Below are positions 26,836 through 35,684 of a DNA stretch of 52,144 nucleotides, piece after piece. The DNA comes from a virus (Duplodnaviria > Caudoviricetes). The notes beneath the pieces are model-generated. The model searched no databases, was not told the origin of the DNA, and saw nothing but the letters and a program-made list of their open reading frames with translations. Each line of letters opens with the position of its first letter. Within the stretch, counting starts at the first letter, position 1. Made by a program: the position numbers and the translations under genes. Location: positions 1-52,144 of the IMG/VR virus record IMGVR_UViG_3300024042_000034; one strand, 5' to 3'.

Positions 26836-27101
26836 GTACTCAAGAACTACCAAAGTCTATCGTAATGGACAAAGATACCATTGAGGACTTGCACAACCTT
26901 TTGTATCAACTCAATTGGTTAAACGATGTAATGCAGACCGACCGATGTAATTCAATTGTCAATGCCCTACTGATGTCTATTGATGATGAGAACAAAGACC
27001 AAATAACCGAAGCTGTCCAGGCATTAAGCAGAATTAATCTAAGTGATCGGCTTATCAAAAAATCAATTTCCATTTTACAAACAGAAGGAGGTGCTCAATG
27101 A
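26829..27101 (+). CDS. Hypothetical protein
   Basis: ATG at 26829 overlaps the previous gene's end (track start 26778); ATGA-coupled to the Rha gene. Confidence 0.65.
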   Translation: MLSTQELPKSIVMDKDTIEDLHNLLYQLNWLNDVMQTDRCNSIVNALLMSIDDENKDQITEAVQALSRINLSDRLIKKSISILQTEGGAQ

Positions 27102-27853
27102 ATCTGCCAGAATTAAAAACAACAATGTCAAGCCGGGAGATTGCGGAGTTGACAGGGAAAGAACATCGATCTGTGCTGCGTGACATCGATGTATTAAACG
27201 AACACTATGAAAAGTTAGGCATGCACAAAACTGTGCAGGGGTACTATACTCTTCCAGCTACAGGTAAACAACGCCACCGATGCTTTGAGCTAACCAAGAT
27301 TCAAACTATGGATCTAATGACCGGATATAATATTCCGCTTCGAATCAAGGTTAATCGTCGTTGGGAACAACTAGAACACCAACAATCCAACACAGGGAAT
27401 TTGATATCAATGACTGAAGAACTCCAAAGACAACGCCAGGAGTTACACGATGATATGAAGCAATTAGAAGCACGAGCTGAGAAATTGGAAATCATCGAAG
27501 AGTTTATACTGGAATCCATGGCTAAATCTGGGTACCGGCTAGACTCAGCAAAGGCAAATGATACCCCTATCATCCAGGAGCCGAAGCTTACTTGGCAAAA
27601 TTCTTTTATCCTCACCTACGAGCAGTATGTATATGACAACATCACAACTAATATAGATGAATGGTTAAGTCAAGGTACTATCCCAGTTGCTGACTTCAAT
27701 TCTAAATATAAACCAAAGGGGTTAGGTGTTAAAATGTACATTAGAGCGATCAAATGGTATTGTATACACTGTAATATTAGGTTCGTCCCTCATAAAGTTG
27801 TATATCTTACTCAAGCTGGAAGTATCCGATGTCGAATATTTGAATCACAGTAA
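27098..27853 (+). CDS. Rha-family phage regulatory/antirepressor protein
   Basis: MSSREIAELTGKEH..VLRDI and TGY...LR.KV..RW..LE motifs, then a coiled coil. Confidence 0.85.
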   Translation: MNLPELKTTMSSREIAELTGKEHRSVLRDIDVLNEHYEKLGMHKTVQGYYTLPATGKQRHRCFELTKIQTMDLMTGYNIPLRIKVNRRWEQLEHQQSNTGNLISMTEELQRQRQELHDDMKQLEARAEKLEIIEEFILESMAKSGYRLDSAKANDTPIIQEPKLTWQNSFILTYEQYVYDNITTNIDEWLSQGTIPVADFNSKYKPKGLGVKMYIRAIKWYCIHCNIRFVPHKVVYLTQAGSIRCRIFESQ

Positions 27854-27858
27854 ATAGT

Positions 27859-27882
27859 AAAAGCCCTCCTTTGAGGGCTTTT
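27859..27882. terminator. Bidirectional intrinsic terminator
   Basis: AAAAGCCCTC-CTTT-GAGGGCTTTT between convergent genes. Confidence 0.85.
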
Positions 27883-28806
27883 TTATTGAACTAATTCTCC
27901 TGTTTTCTTTTTAACTTTTAAAGTGCCTTTTTCTGTATAATCTTGTAGATCACCTTTTGCATCATATTTTTTACCCGTTGCTGTATATGTTACAATAGCA
28001 TTATCCCTATCGTCAGAAATTTCTAAATCTGTGTTTATTGTTTCTCCCGTTTTCGGAATCCAATTCAAAATTGAAAAGGACTTAGCCCAATTTGTTGTTG
28101 TTTGACCAAATGGTGTATGAATATTAAGGTTTCTAAGATATACTTTTGAATCACCGCCCACGGAAGCTTTTATCAACTGGTCTTTATTGATGATAACGTA
28201 TTTACCACCCTCAACAATATCATTAAACGATGAAATTATATTCAACAATTCACCTTTTTGTGAATACAATCTAAGTTTACCTGCCGAAATGAATGAAATT
28301 ACTTCGTAAGATTTGTTTAACCTAACAAGTTTCTCCATCTCGGCGTTATTATCCCTTAATGGATATACTTTACCATCAACAACATTTATAAGTATCAAAT
28401 GTCCAGGATAAGTTGAAAAATTACCATCGCTAAGCGAAAAGTAGAACAAATCATCATACCCCTTGACTGGAGAAACTATCACCTTCTTGAACTTCCCTTT
28501 TGCGTCAGCCTCAAGTGAATTAATATACTTAGTAACAACCTTATTTTCCTTGGAAAACAAAGAAAATAAATATTTCTCATTGTTGATACCTCCAACGATA
28601 TAATGGCCTTCTTCAGAAATTTGGCTAATTCCTATCGTTGGAAATTCTTTCATTTCAGGGATGGCTTTTTCGAGTTTTGCAATAAGTATCTCTAAAGGTG
28701 TCTTCGGTTGTTCCACCTCTTTCTCCGTCTCACCAGGAACATCACTCTTACTACAGCCGTTAAAAGCCAAGGAAGCTGCTAATATAAATGGAAAAAATCT
28801 TTTCAT
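27883..28806 (-). CDS. Lipoprotein (moron)
   Basis: Signal with AFNG-C lipobox followed by SKSD; own TAAGTTTG -7 box at 28825-28832; AT-rich. Confidence 0.8.
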   Translation of the reverse strand: MKRFFPFILAASLAFNGCSKSDVPGETEKEVEQPKTPLEILIAKLEKAIPEMKEFPTIGISQISEEGHYIVGGINNEKYLFSLFSKENKVVTKYINSLEADAKGKFKKVIVSPVKGYDDLFYFSLSDGNFSTYPGHLILINVVDGKVYPLRDNNAEMEKLVRLNKSYEVISFISAGKLRLYSQKGELLNIISSFNDIVEGGKYVIINKDQLIKASVGGDSKVYLRNLNIHTPFGQTTTNWAKSFSILNWIPKTGETINTDLEISDDRDNAIVTYTATGKKYDAKGDLQDYTEKGTLKVKKKTGELVQ

Positions 28807-28851
28807 AATTTGCGTATGTTAACACAAACTTAAGGAAAAGTTTGGAGAAAG

Positions 28852-28875
28852 AAAAAAGCCCTCGAGTGGAGGGCT
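28852..28875 (-). terminator. Intrinsic terminator
   Basis: AGCCCTC-N5-GAGGGCT followed by a T tract on the - strand. Confidence 0.7.
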
Positions 28876-28881
28876 ATACCT

Positions 28882-29040
28882 TTAATTTCGATAATAGACA
28901 CCTTTCATTATCGCAACACGTCTAAACATTTCTAACGCAAATAATATCCTCCCCCATGCGTAATCCTCTTCTATACTCTCTGACAGATCCGCCATCCTTG
29001 ATAGCTGATCGTTGATAAAATAAAATTCACTTCTTGTCAT
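28882..29040 (-). CDS. Small hypothetical protein (52 aa, absent from ORF track)
   Basis: MTRSEFYFINDQLSRMADLSESIEEDYAWGRILFALEMFRRVAIMKGVYYRN, directly followed by a terminator. Confidence 0.5.
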   Translation of the reverse strand: MTRSEFYFINDQLSRMADLSESIEEDYAWGRILFALEMFRRVAIMKGVYYRN

Positions 29041-29546
29041 ACATAACAAAGAAATCCAATATCAACAGCTTATAATGGGGAATTTTGGTTTAATCAATTG
29101 ATAAGTTGGAGTTATCAATTTTTGTGTACGATCCGGATAGTGTTACATATATACATTGTCATAAATATTTGACAAATTTTAACAATTTTATTTCACTTCG
29201 TTTAACATTATTTAGATTGTTTGTAATAGTTTATTTTGTTTGGATATGTTTGGAGATCACCAATTTTATAAAAACTTTTCTATGGGGCTAAAAAGTGTAT
29301 CTTTTTGTATTTAAATATATCTATTACACCATTATTGTCAACAGTACCGCCTCCAGCAAGTACATCATCATAAAGTTTGTTTATTTGAAAATTATACTTT
29401 AAACTTGTTTCATAAGCATGTTCTAGAGCAGCTGCATGATCACAGTTTTCTCTAGTATATACTTATTATTTGGCACTATTTTTAAACCTTTTATGGGAAA
29501 CAGTAGTTCTAAATATATTATGAGCATACACAAGAGAATTATCGTC

Positions 29547-29693
29547 ATGAAACCTACAATCACAAAAGAGAAGGTAATGGAGGCCATTAACCGAGCTCTT
29601 GCGCAGAAAGAAGAAACCTTGAAATTTTTGAAGGGAGAAATTACTAAGGAAGAATTGGAAGCAAAAGGAGTAAAGCTTGCCAAACCATTATAA
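29547..29693 (+). CDS. Small helical protein upstream of the DUF6169-like gene
   Basis: 48 aa from ATG 29547 (track start 29436); overlaps the next gene. Confidence 0.6.
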   Translation: MKPTITKEKVMEAINRALAQKEETLKFLKGEITKEELEAKGVKLAKPL

Positions 29694-30174
29694 TTTCGAA
29701 AAGGAAGAAGGGCAAGAATTTATCTACTGTTTTTCCACTGATAAAGGCATTCATTATAGAATTGCTTTTACAGAAGACCATAATTTAACACTGTTATCTA
29801 ACGAAAATTTTGACAATTTATACACTCTTAGTATTCTTAGGGAAGAGTGTATTAAGCCTGGACATGATCCTCGTATAAAGGCTACGGTATATGAAATTGT
29901 TAAAACTTTTTTCGCTTTTAGAGATAAGTGTGTAATTTATATTTGTAGTGAAGATGGTAATAAAGCTGCTGGACGACATAAAACTTTTAATAAATGGCAT
30001 GAAGAATGTGATTTTAAAGATGATTTAGTAAAGTATGACAATGTTATTGTAGAGGGTGAACGCCATGTTTATACATCACTTATTTATCACCAGGAATGTC
30101 CAAATATAGATAGAATATTAGAGGTTTTTAAAGAGATTGAAAACCTATATAAGGATATGCAGGCATCTGCTTAA
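29677..30174 (+). CDS. DUF6169-like protein
   Basis: Y.F.T.KGI.Y.I.F, D.RIK.TV..I...FF, YIC...G....R...F.KW pattern recalled from Bacteroidota DUF6169 proteins. Confidence 0.6.
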   Translation: MPNHYNFEKEEGQEFIYCFSTDKGIHYRIAFTEDHNLTLLSNENFDNLYTLSILREECIKPGHDPRIKATVYEIVKTFFAFRDKCVIYICSEDGNKAAGRHKTFNKWHEECDFKDDLVKYDNVIVEGERHVYTSLIYHQECPNIDRILEVFKEIENLYKDMQASA

Positions 30175-30200
30175 TCCCCTCCAAACCGAGGGGATTTTTT
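30173..30200 (+). terminator. Intrinsic terminator
   Basis: AATCCCCTC-N6-GAGGGGATT followed by a T tract. Confidence 0.8.
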
Positions 30201-30249
30201 ATTTCCCCAAACATCACACGATGCTGGGGGATTTTCAAGTGAGCGCACG

Positions 30250-30684
30250 CTATTTCCTAAACGACCGCCTAAGCGCCGAATACATTACTCTATTTTCCAG
30301 TTCGTGATCACGTTCAAATCCATTCTTCCAAATATTACCACCCATTGGATTGTAAGGGTTGTGGACAACGACGCATTTTCCCTTGGGACAAACTTCAATC
30401 AGGCCCCAATTTTCAGGTAACTCATCTACTTTTACCAAGCCCTCTGGACAACAATAAAAACGATACTTACCCATAGCTTTACCGACCCGGTGTGGCTTCT
30501 TAAAATCACGGATGAAGTCCGATCGAGAAATCTTCACCTCAATGACGATGCTTTCACCTGACCGGAAACCAATAACATCAGGAATCTCACTCATAATAGA
30601 TTTCATCTCCTTGTAAGCAACAGGGAAACGTTTTAATGCCCATTTGTAGGCAATGTCTGTTATAGTAGCGTGGGTTAGTTGCAT
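30250..30684 (-). CDS. PD-(D/E)XK nuclease-fold protein, MmcB-like
   Basis: IPDVIG...IEVKISRSDF.RD motif; ELPENWGL. Confidence 0.72.
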   Translation of the reverse strand: MQLTHATITDIAYKWALKRFPVAYKEMKSIMSEIPDVIGFRSGESIVIEVKISRSDFIRDFKKPHRVGKAMGKYRFYCCPEGLVKVDELPENWGLIEVCPKGKCVVVHNPYNPMGGNIWKNGFERDHELENRVMYSALRRSFRK

Positions 30685-30691
30685 TCAATAT

Positions 30692-30895
30692 TTATTCACC
30701 ATCATACAACCCCAATTCCTCGTCACCTTTCATTATTTCAATCAATATCTTCTTGGTGTCAGGAGGATATTTACCTAGCTTCTTAAGCTTCTTTTTCAAC
30801 TTTCGGGGAACTTTTGTCAATGTAACCTTGGATTGCTTTGACGGATCTATATAGATCACTTTTCCCAAATCAGCTGATGTAATCATTTTTTCCAT
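30692..30895 (-). CDS. Hypothetical basic protein
   Basis: 67 aa with PRKLKKKLKK. Confidence 0.55.
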   Translation of the reverse strand: MEKMITSADLGKVIYIDPSKQSKVTLTKVPRKLKKKLKKLGKYPPDTKKILIEIMKGDEELGLYDGE

Positions 30896-30897
30896 AG

Positions 30898-31227
30898 CTA
30901 AAAATTAAAAGTATAAGATCCATAAACTTTTGATTTCCCCTGCTCTTTCAAATGATACCACTCGTTAATATCAAGTTCCGTTTTAAAAGGGCATTCAGAT
31001 TTTGTTGTGTCAAATACATTAAAGATTACTTCGTCTTTAATATGATCCGCAAATGCTTGTAAATTATAATTGTTTCGTGAAGCAAAATCTCTAATGTATA
31101 ACTCTGCAATTCCGCGGGTACATTTGTTAAAAGCATATTTCAATGAATCTCCATTGAAATCCGTATTATTAATTTCGTATGATGATTTGATAGTCTCCTT
31201 CATAACCCAAATATACTTTATTTCCAT
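30898..31227 (-). CDS. Hypothetical protein
   Basis: 109 aa within the operon. Confidence 0.55.
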   Translation of the reverse strand: MEIKYIWVMKETIKSSYEINNTDFNGDSLKYAFNKCTRGIAELYIRDFASRNNYNLQAFADHIKDEVIFNVFDTTKSECPFKTELDINEWYHLKEQGKSKVYGSYTFNF

Positions 31228-31541
31228 AAAAACTTATGCATCTCACCAACAACCCATCCAGTCAAATAAGCCTGCGGCTCATCGTTCAATGGGTCTAACG
31301 TCATCCTACTATCATTGTACACATGATTGACAACGTGCACTGCTTCATGAGCAATAATACCCGGAGATGGGTTGCTTCTGAAGCATGCAACATACCTATC
31401 CTTTGGATCTTTGTAAACGAAAGCGTCTGTGTCGTTGGAAAGCTCCAGGTTCAAGCGGCGTCCGAGTTTCTCCCAATTATCCGTTTGAATCAGGATCATC
31501 GTGCCGTGGTAGATCGGTATTTTGATTTTTTTGGTTTTCAT
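31218..31541 (-). CDS. Small HExxH (zincin-like) phage protein
   Basis: IIAHEAVH followed by EPQAYL. Confidence 0.7.
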   Translation of the reverse strand: MKTKKIKIPIYHGTMILIQTDNWEKLGRRLNLELSNDTDAFVYKDPKDRYVACFRSNPSPGIIAHEAVHVVNHVYNDSRMTLDPLNDEPQAYLTGWVVGEMHKFLWK

Positions 31542-31927
31542 AAAGTTACTTCCAGGTCATGACCAGTAATTCCAAAGAATAGATTTTGCAGTTGATGCAG
31601 ATATTTGATACTATTCTCATTTGTTCGAGTCCAATCTAATCTTTTGATAAAAAGACCATATCCTATAACCTCTTCTTTTGGGTAATCAGCCGCCAGCTTC
31701 CACAAGCCTTTTACATATTCTCCATCTTTGTAATTAAACCCACATTTTAACAATACATCCTCTGTCAAATGAATGGGTTCCAAATCGGAATAATCACATT
31801 TTATACCATCACCAATACGTAAGTTAGTTGGAGTCAAAGTGTGTATTCTTCCGTAGTGTTTAATCCCTGCAACACTTAATATTACCCAGTTGGCTATGCG
31901 AAGTTCACTTGCTTTCATATTATTCAT
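31538..31927 (-). CDS. LRIGN...YLHQLQN family protein (paralog 2)
   Basis: ELRIANW, PIHLTEDVLLKCGF, YLHQLQNLFFGITG. Confidence 0.8.
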   Translation of the reverse strand: MNNMKASELRIANWVILSVAGIKHYGRIHTLTPTNLRIGDGIKCDYSDLEPIHLTEDVLLKCGFNYKDGEYVKGLWKLAADYPKEEVIGYGLFIKRLDWTRTNENSIKYLHQLQNLFFGITGHDLEVTL

Positions 31928-32357
31928 TTAAAGCTTTATCCAGCTTATCTTTCATTTGTTGACGCTCAGCTGGAGAATATGAATCAATTAATAATTCTTG
32001 TCCAGTTATCAAGTGGTAAAAGTTCTGCAATTGGTGAAGGTATTTTAATGAGGTAAGCTTTGAGCCACTTCCTGTTTTCACCAAATAATAACCACATTCT
32101 GAAAAAGGTTTTGAAATGAAAATTTCTCCTAAGTCTGGGCGAAAATATCCATTCTGTGTGGCAACAAACAAGCATCTTTCTATAAGATCATCAGTTAAAT
32201 TTATCCCTTTTACCCTTGGATCATCTAAAGGTAAATATGGATTCCACGTTTTACCATTTATCGTAAAACTAAAGCTGTCAACGTATAATGTCCCAATTGC
32301 AACTTCATGGCCATCTACTGAGATGTAGTTTCCAATTCGTAATCCTTGATCTTTCAT
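31920..32357 (-). CDS. LRIGN...YLHQLQN family protein (paralog 3)
   Basis: LRIGNY, INLTDDLIERCLF, YLHQLQNFYHLITGQEL. Confidence 0.8.
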   Translation of the reverse strand: MKDQGLRIGNYISVDGHEVAIGTLYVDSFSFTINGKTWNPYLPLDDPRVKGINLTDDLIERCLFVATQNGYFRPDLGEIFISKPFSECGYYLVKTGSGSKLTSLKYLHQLQNFYHLITGQELLIDSYSPAERQQMKDKLDKALNE

Positions 32358-32433
32358 ATAATTGATTTGATAATACTTCTATTCAACTTCCACAACCCCT
32401 GACCCAATAGTTCTTTATGCACCTTGCTTTGAA

Positions 32434-32535
32434 AACAACTGCCGCAGGTAAATTGGATGCATGTGACACCCGTCGGCGAAGCTCTATCGCCCCTTTTTGG
32501 TTTTTGATTACCTCACCCCGAAGGGAGCAGTTGTC
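32434..32535 (-). ncRNA. Structured leader RNA of unknown class
   Basis: Closing stem ACAACTGC/GCAGTTGT, CCC-TTCG-GGG tetraloop hairpin, AGGTAA/TTACCT stem, GGCGA/TCGCC hairpin; just downstream of a promoter. Confidence 0.55.
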
Positions 32536-32561
32536 TGTTGTACTTTAGCCTCGCGCTGAAA

Positions 32562-32620
32562 CAAATATACAACATATTTCAAACAAAACAAACATTTTGT
32601 AAACATTTTAAACATTTTGT
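32562..32620 (-). promoter_or_regulatory. Promoter (TATATTTG) with AAACATTT repeat array, putative repressor operators
   Basis: -7 box 32562-32569; tandem AAACATTTT units 32581-32620 matching arrays at 40295 and 50913. Confidence 0.65.
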
Positions 32621-32642
32621 TTTCAGCGCGGTGGCCGTTGTG

Positions 32643-34154
32643 TTACCCAGCGCCTTTCAATTTCATAACTGTCCCCTCGTCCCCTGCCGCCGATCCCTCA
32701 GCCTTAATCTTAGCCATCTCGTCCTGGACGTTTGTGATCAGTCCAGAAATACCCATGGCAGTTTCGTTGGATATTAGTCCCCCTTCCTTAGCTTGAATTG
32801 CTAATGCAACATCAGCTTCCAGATCTTCAAGTTTAAAATGAGGTGCTTCGAAGCCAACGTTAAGAGTTGAGAAAGCTGCTTTCAGCGATGTTTCCATACT
32901 TGCCAACAACGCTTTCTCAATATTGATTCCACGTTGTATAAGCTCACCATAACCGCCTTCAATTTCCTTACGGGCTGCCAAATGTGCGTCAATAAAAACA
33001 CGATCGAAAGCCACTCCGGAAAGGTCTCCCAGAGCCTTCATTTCCTCAAAGCTGATATTTGGTGTTTGGGTTAATGAGTAAATGAAGTTAACCAAAGTAT
33101 CAACCTCAAATTTTACCGCAGAGATAACCTGATCCCAAGTCACATATTTAACATCCGCCGGTGGCCCATCTTTTGCACCTTTCAATGCAACAGCTTTACC
33201 TTGTTCGCCTTTCTCCTGGGCCTGAGCACCATCAACATTTAAGAATGCAAGCAATGGTGAAGCATTATAAGAATTGGCATCTGATACGTCACTCAAACAA
33301 GTCTCTAACCTTTCAATAATCGGCTGAACTGGCGCCCAAATAGGTTTTTTCTTGAAATAATAACTTAAAGGCATTTTACCGTACGGCAGTTCAATTTTAC
33401 CAAGGTAAATCCAGTTTCCTTCTGCTTGCTCACCTTTTACTCCATCACCTTGTTCGAACCTGTAAAGAAAATCCTTACTATAGATATCTAAGCATTTTAT
33501 CTCTTTTTCTGCTTCTGCTGCATCGCCGCCATTCGCTATTAATTCCAATATATCTACAGTACGGGTATAACCACGCCCAAAATAAACTAGATTGGCTCTA
33601 GAATCAAATACAGGCAGAAGATTATCCCCCTTGCTAGGCGCAAGGATTTGCATCTTAAAATCCTTCTTTACATTAGATAAACCACCCCAGTGACTTGCAT
33701 CATCCGTATCAACTGAATAGTAAAGTTTGGCTACCTGTAATTCTTCATTTAGGATCGTTGCAATCTCGGATTCCTTGAAGGATACTTTATTATTTTCACG
33801 AAGACGTTGTAAAAGATTAAACGCACGTTTCTCCTGATCTGTGCTTGGTTCTGCTGTTAATTTTACCCTTCCAAGGTTCATGAACGCTACTCTACGAGTC
33901 ACAATAATATCCTGCAAAGAAAGCGAAAGCCTGGTTGGATCAATAGTTTCTGTTCGAGTTTTGATATTACCTTTATCATCCTTTTCAGGTTTACCGTCCG
34001 AACCCATAATAGGCTTTACAACCGTTTTACGTTTACGTTTTGATTCGTCATAAATAGCATGCTCCTTCGGATCTATCTCTTTATCCACTTCGTATGTAGG
34101 TTGCGCTTTGGCCCCTAGCTTCTCTATGATCGTTGGGTTAATTTCTACTGGCAT
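32643..34154 (-). CDS. Portal protein (SPP1-like)
   Basis: 503 aa after TerL; KYVTWDQ, TQTPNISFE, LSGVAF and ISNETAM motifs. Confidence 0.88.
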   Translation of the reverse strand: MPVEINPTIIEKLGAKAQPTYEVDKEIDPKEHAIYDESKRKRKTVVKPIMGSDGKPEKDDKGNIKTRTETIDPTRLSLSLQDIIVTRRVAFMNLGRVKLTAEPSTDQEKRAFNLLQRLRENNKVSFKESEIATILNEELQVAKLYYSVDTDDASHWGGLSNVKKDFKMQILAPSKGDNLLPVFDSRANLVYFGRGYTRTVDILELIANGGDAAEAEKEIKCLDIYSKDFLYRFEQGDGVKGEQAEGNWIYLGKIELPYGKMPLSYYFKKKPIWAPVQPIIERLETCLSDVSDANSYNASPLLAFLNVDGAQAQEKGEQGKAVALKGAKDGPPADVKYVTWDQVISAVKFEVDTLVNFIYSLTQTPNISFEEMKALGDLSGVAFDRVFIDAHLAARKEIEGGYGELIQRGINIEKALLASMETSLKAAFSTLNVGFEAPHFKLEDLEADVALAIQAKEGGLISNETAMGISGLITNVQDEMAKIKAEGSAAGDEGTVMKLKGAG

Positions 34155-34165
34155 AATTGCTTATT

Positions 34166-35680
34166 TTAATAAAACATCCCTAATACTGTAGGATCTATTT
34201 CTGTTTCGTTAGTCTCTCCAAAATTTTCAACAACACCTGTTATACAGTCGGCACAATCATCATGCGCATTTTTGCCTGATTTCAAGTAAGCTTTGACATG
34301 CTTAGCGAATACCGGCCACATCTTCTCCCATCCTACTGGCATATGAACCAATTGATTGACCTTATTTGAGTTGGAGAATATCCTTGCAGCTTTATTTGCG
34401 CTTTGATGAAACCATTCAATTTTCGTGTCGAAATGATTCATTTTGGTTAGCTCGGTTTCGACGTTACGGGCAAAACCCTTACCTCCGTTGTTGGATTCAA
34501 TCTTAGCGAACTCCACTTTATTAAAAGCGAACTGCTGCGCGGTCAATGGTTCCGTCAGTTCCATAGGATCCTGCGTATAGATCACATCCGTAATGTAGAT
34601 TGCTGTGTCAGTCTCCTCGTAAGCGATGCTACATAGATAATCTTTTCCTTCATCTGCGGTATCTGTGTATGACTTCCTTGTAATGGCCCCATTAGGTCTA
34701 ACACTGTACAATTTGAACTCATTATACATCAACCCTTCCTTAGGCTGCGGATTCTGCATGTACTGCCTGCCAAAGTTGATTGGGTTGATATCGTTCATTT
34801 TTAGGAGCTCATCAAGCGTATGCTTGAACTCCCATAACGCACGCCCATCTTTCAATTCCTGTCCATCTTCAACAATGATACAAGGAAGCGACAGAACCGT
34901 CCATTCACCTGGATAATTTTCTAATACATGACCACATAAATCATTCTCATGTAATCGTTGCATAATGATGATGATCGGAGTATTACGAGAGTTCACCCGG
35001 TTGATGATAGTTGAGTCAAAGCGATTATTTACCCGGCCACGAACAACATCGCTATCAGCATCATCAGGTTTGATAGGGTCATCAATGATCAATGCGCCGC
35101 CGAATGTTGTTACGCCGGTGTCGGCAGTAAGTTCGTCCATGGCTGCTTTGAATTCCTCCTCGTCTGCATCAGCACCGTCACCTGGTTCAAGATCGACCTG
35201 TCCAGCACCAAAACCTGTAACCTGTCCACCAGCGGCACGAGCATATACCCCACCGCCTTGTGTCGTATACCATTTATTCTTAGCCGTGGCACCTTGTTTT
35301 AATTGCACATCAGGAAATAGCGCCTGATAGTCTGGACTCGTAACCAAGTCTTTTACAGCTTCCGAGTTATCCAAAGCAAGATCGTCCGAGTAGCTCAAGT
35401 GGATGAATTTCGAAGCAGGATTTATTGCAAGACCAGCGGAGATAAGGTTCTTAACTGCCAATTCAGTTTTACCATAACGAGGAGCAATGTTTATTATCAA
35501 CCGCTTAAGACGGCCCATAAGGACATCATCCAGCGCATTGGCTATTTTAGTATGATGCTCACCAACAACGAAACTCCTTCCATATTGCTTTTGGAAGAAG
35601 TACTTCGTGTAGTTCATTATGGATGACTTACACCAAAGGGCTATGATATCTCGCTTTGTGAATCCTGCTGTTGGTGTCAT
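34166..35680 (-). CDS. terL: Terminase large subunit
   Basis: Walker A APRYGKT, Walker B IIDDP, MQRLHE.DL, QYMQ.P, C-terminal HDD..D nuclease motif. Confidence 0.95.
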   Translation of the reverse strand: MTPTAGFTKRDIIALWCKSSIMNYTKYFFQKQYGRSFVVGEHHTKIANALDDVLMGRLKRLIINIAPRYGKTELAVKNLISAGLAINPASKFIHLSYSDDLALDNSEAVKDLVTSPDYQALFPDVQLKQGATAKNKWYTTQGGGVYARAAGGQVTGFGAGQVDLEPGDGADADEEEFKAAMDELTADTGVTTFGGALIIDDPIKPDDADSDVVRGRVNNRFDSTIINRVNSRNTPIIIIMQRLHENDLCGHVLENYPGEWTVLSLPCIIVEDGQELKDGRALWEFKHTLDELLKMNDINPINFGRQYMQNPQPKEGLMYNEFKLYSVRPNGAITRKSYTDTADEGKDYLCSIAYEETDTAIYITDVIYTQDPMELTEPLTAQQFAFNKVEFAKIESNNGGKGFARNVETELTKMNHFDTKIEWFHQSANKAARIFSNSNKVNQLVHMPVGWEKMWPVFAKHVKAYLKSGKNAHDDCADCITGVVENFGETNETEIDPTVLGMFY

Positions 35681-35684
35681 CCAG

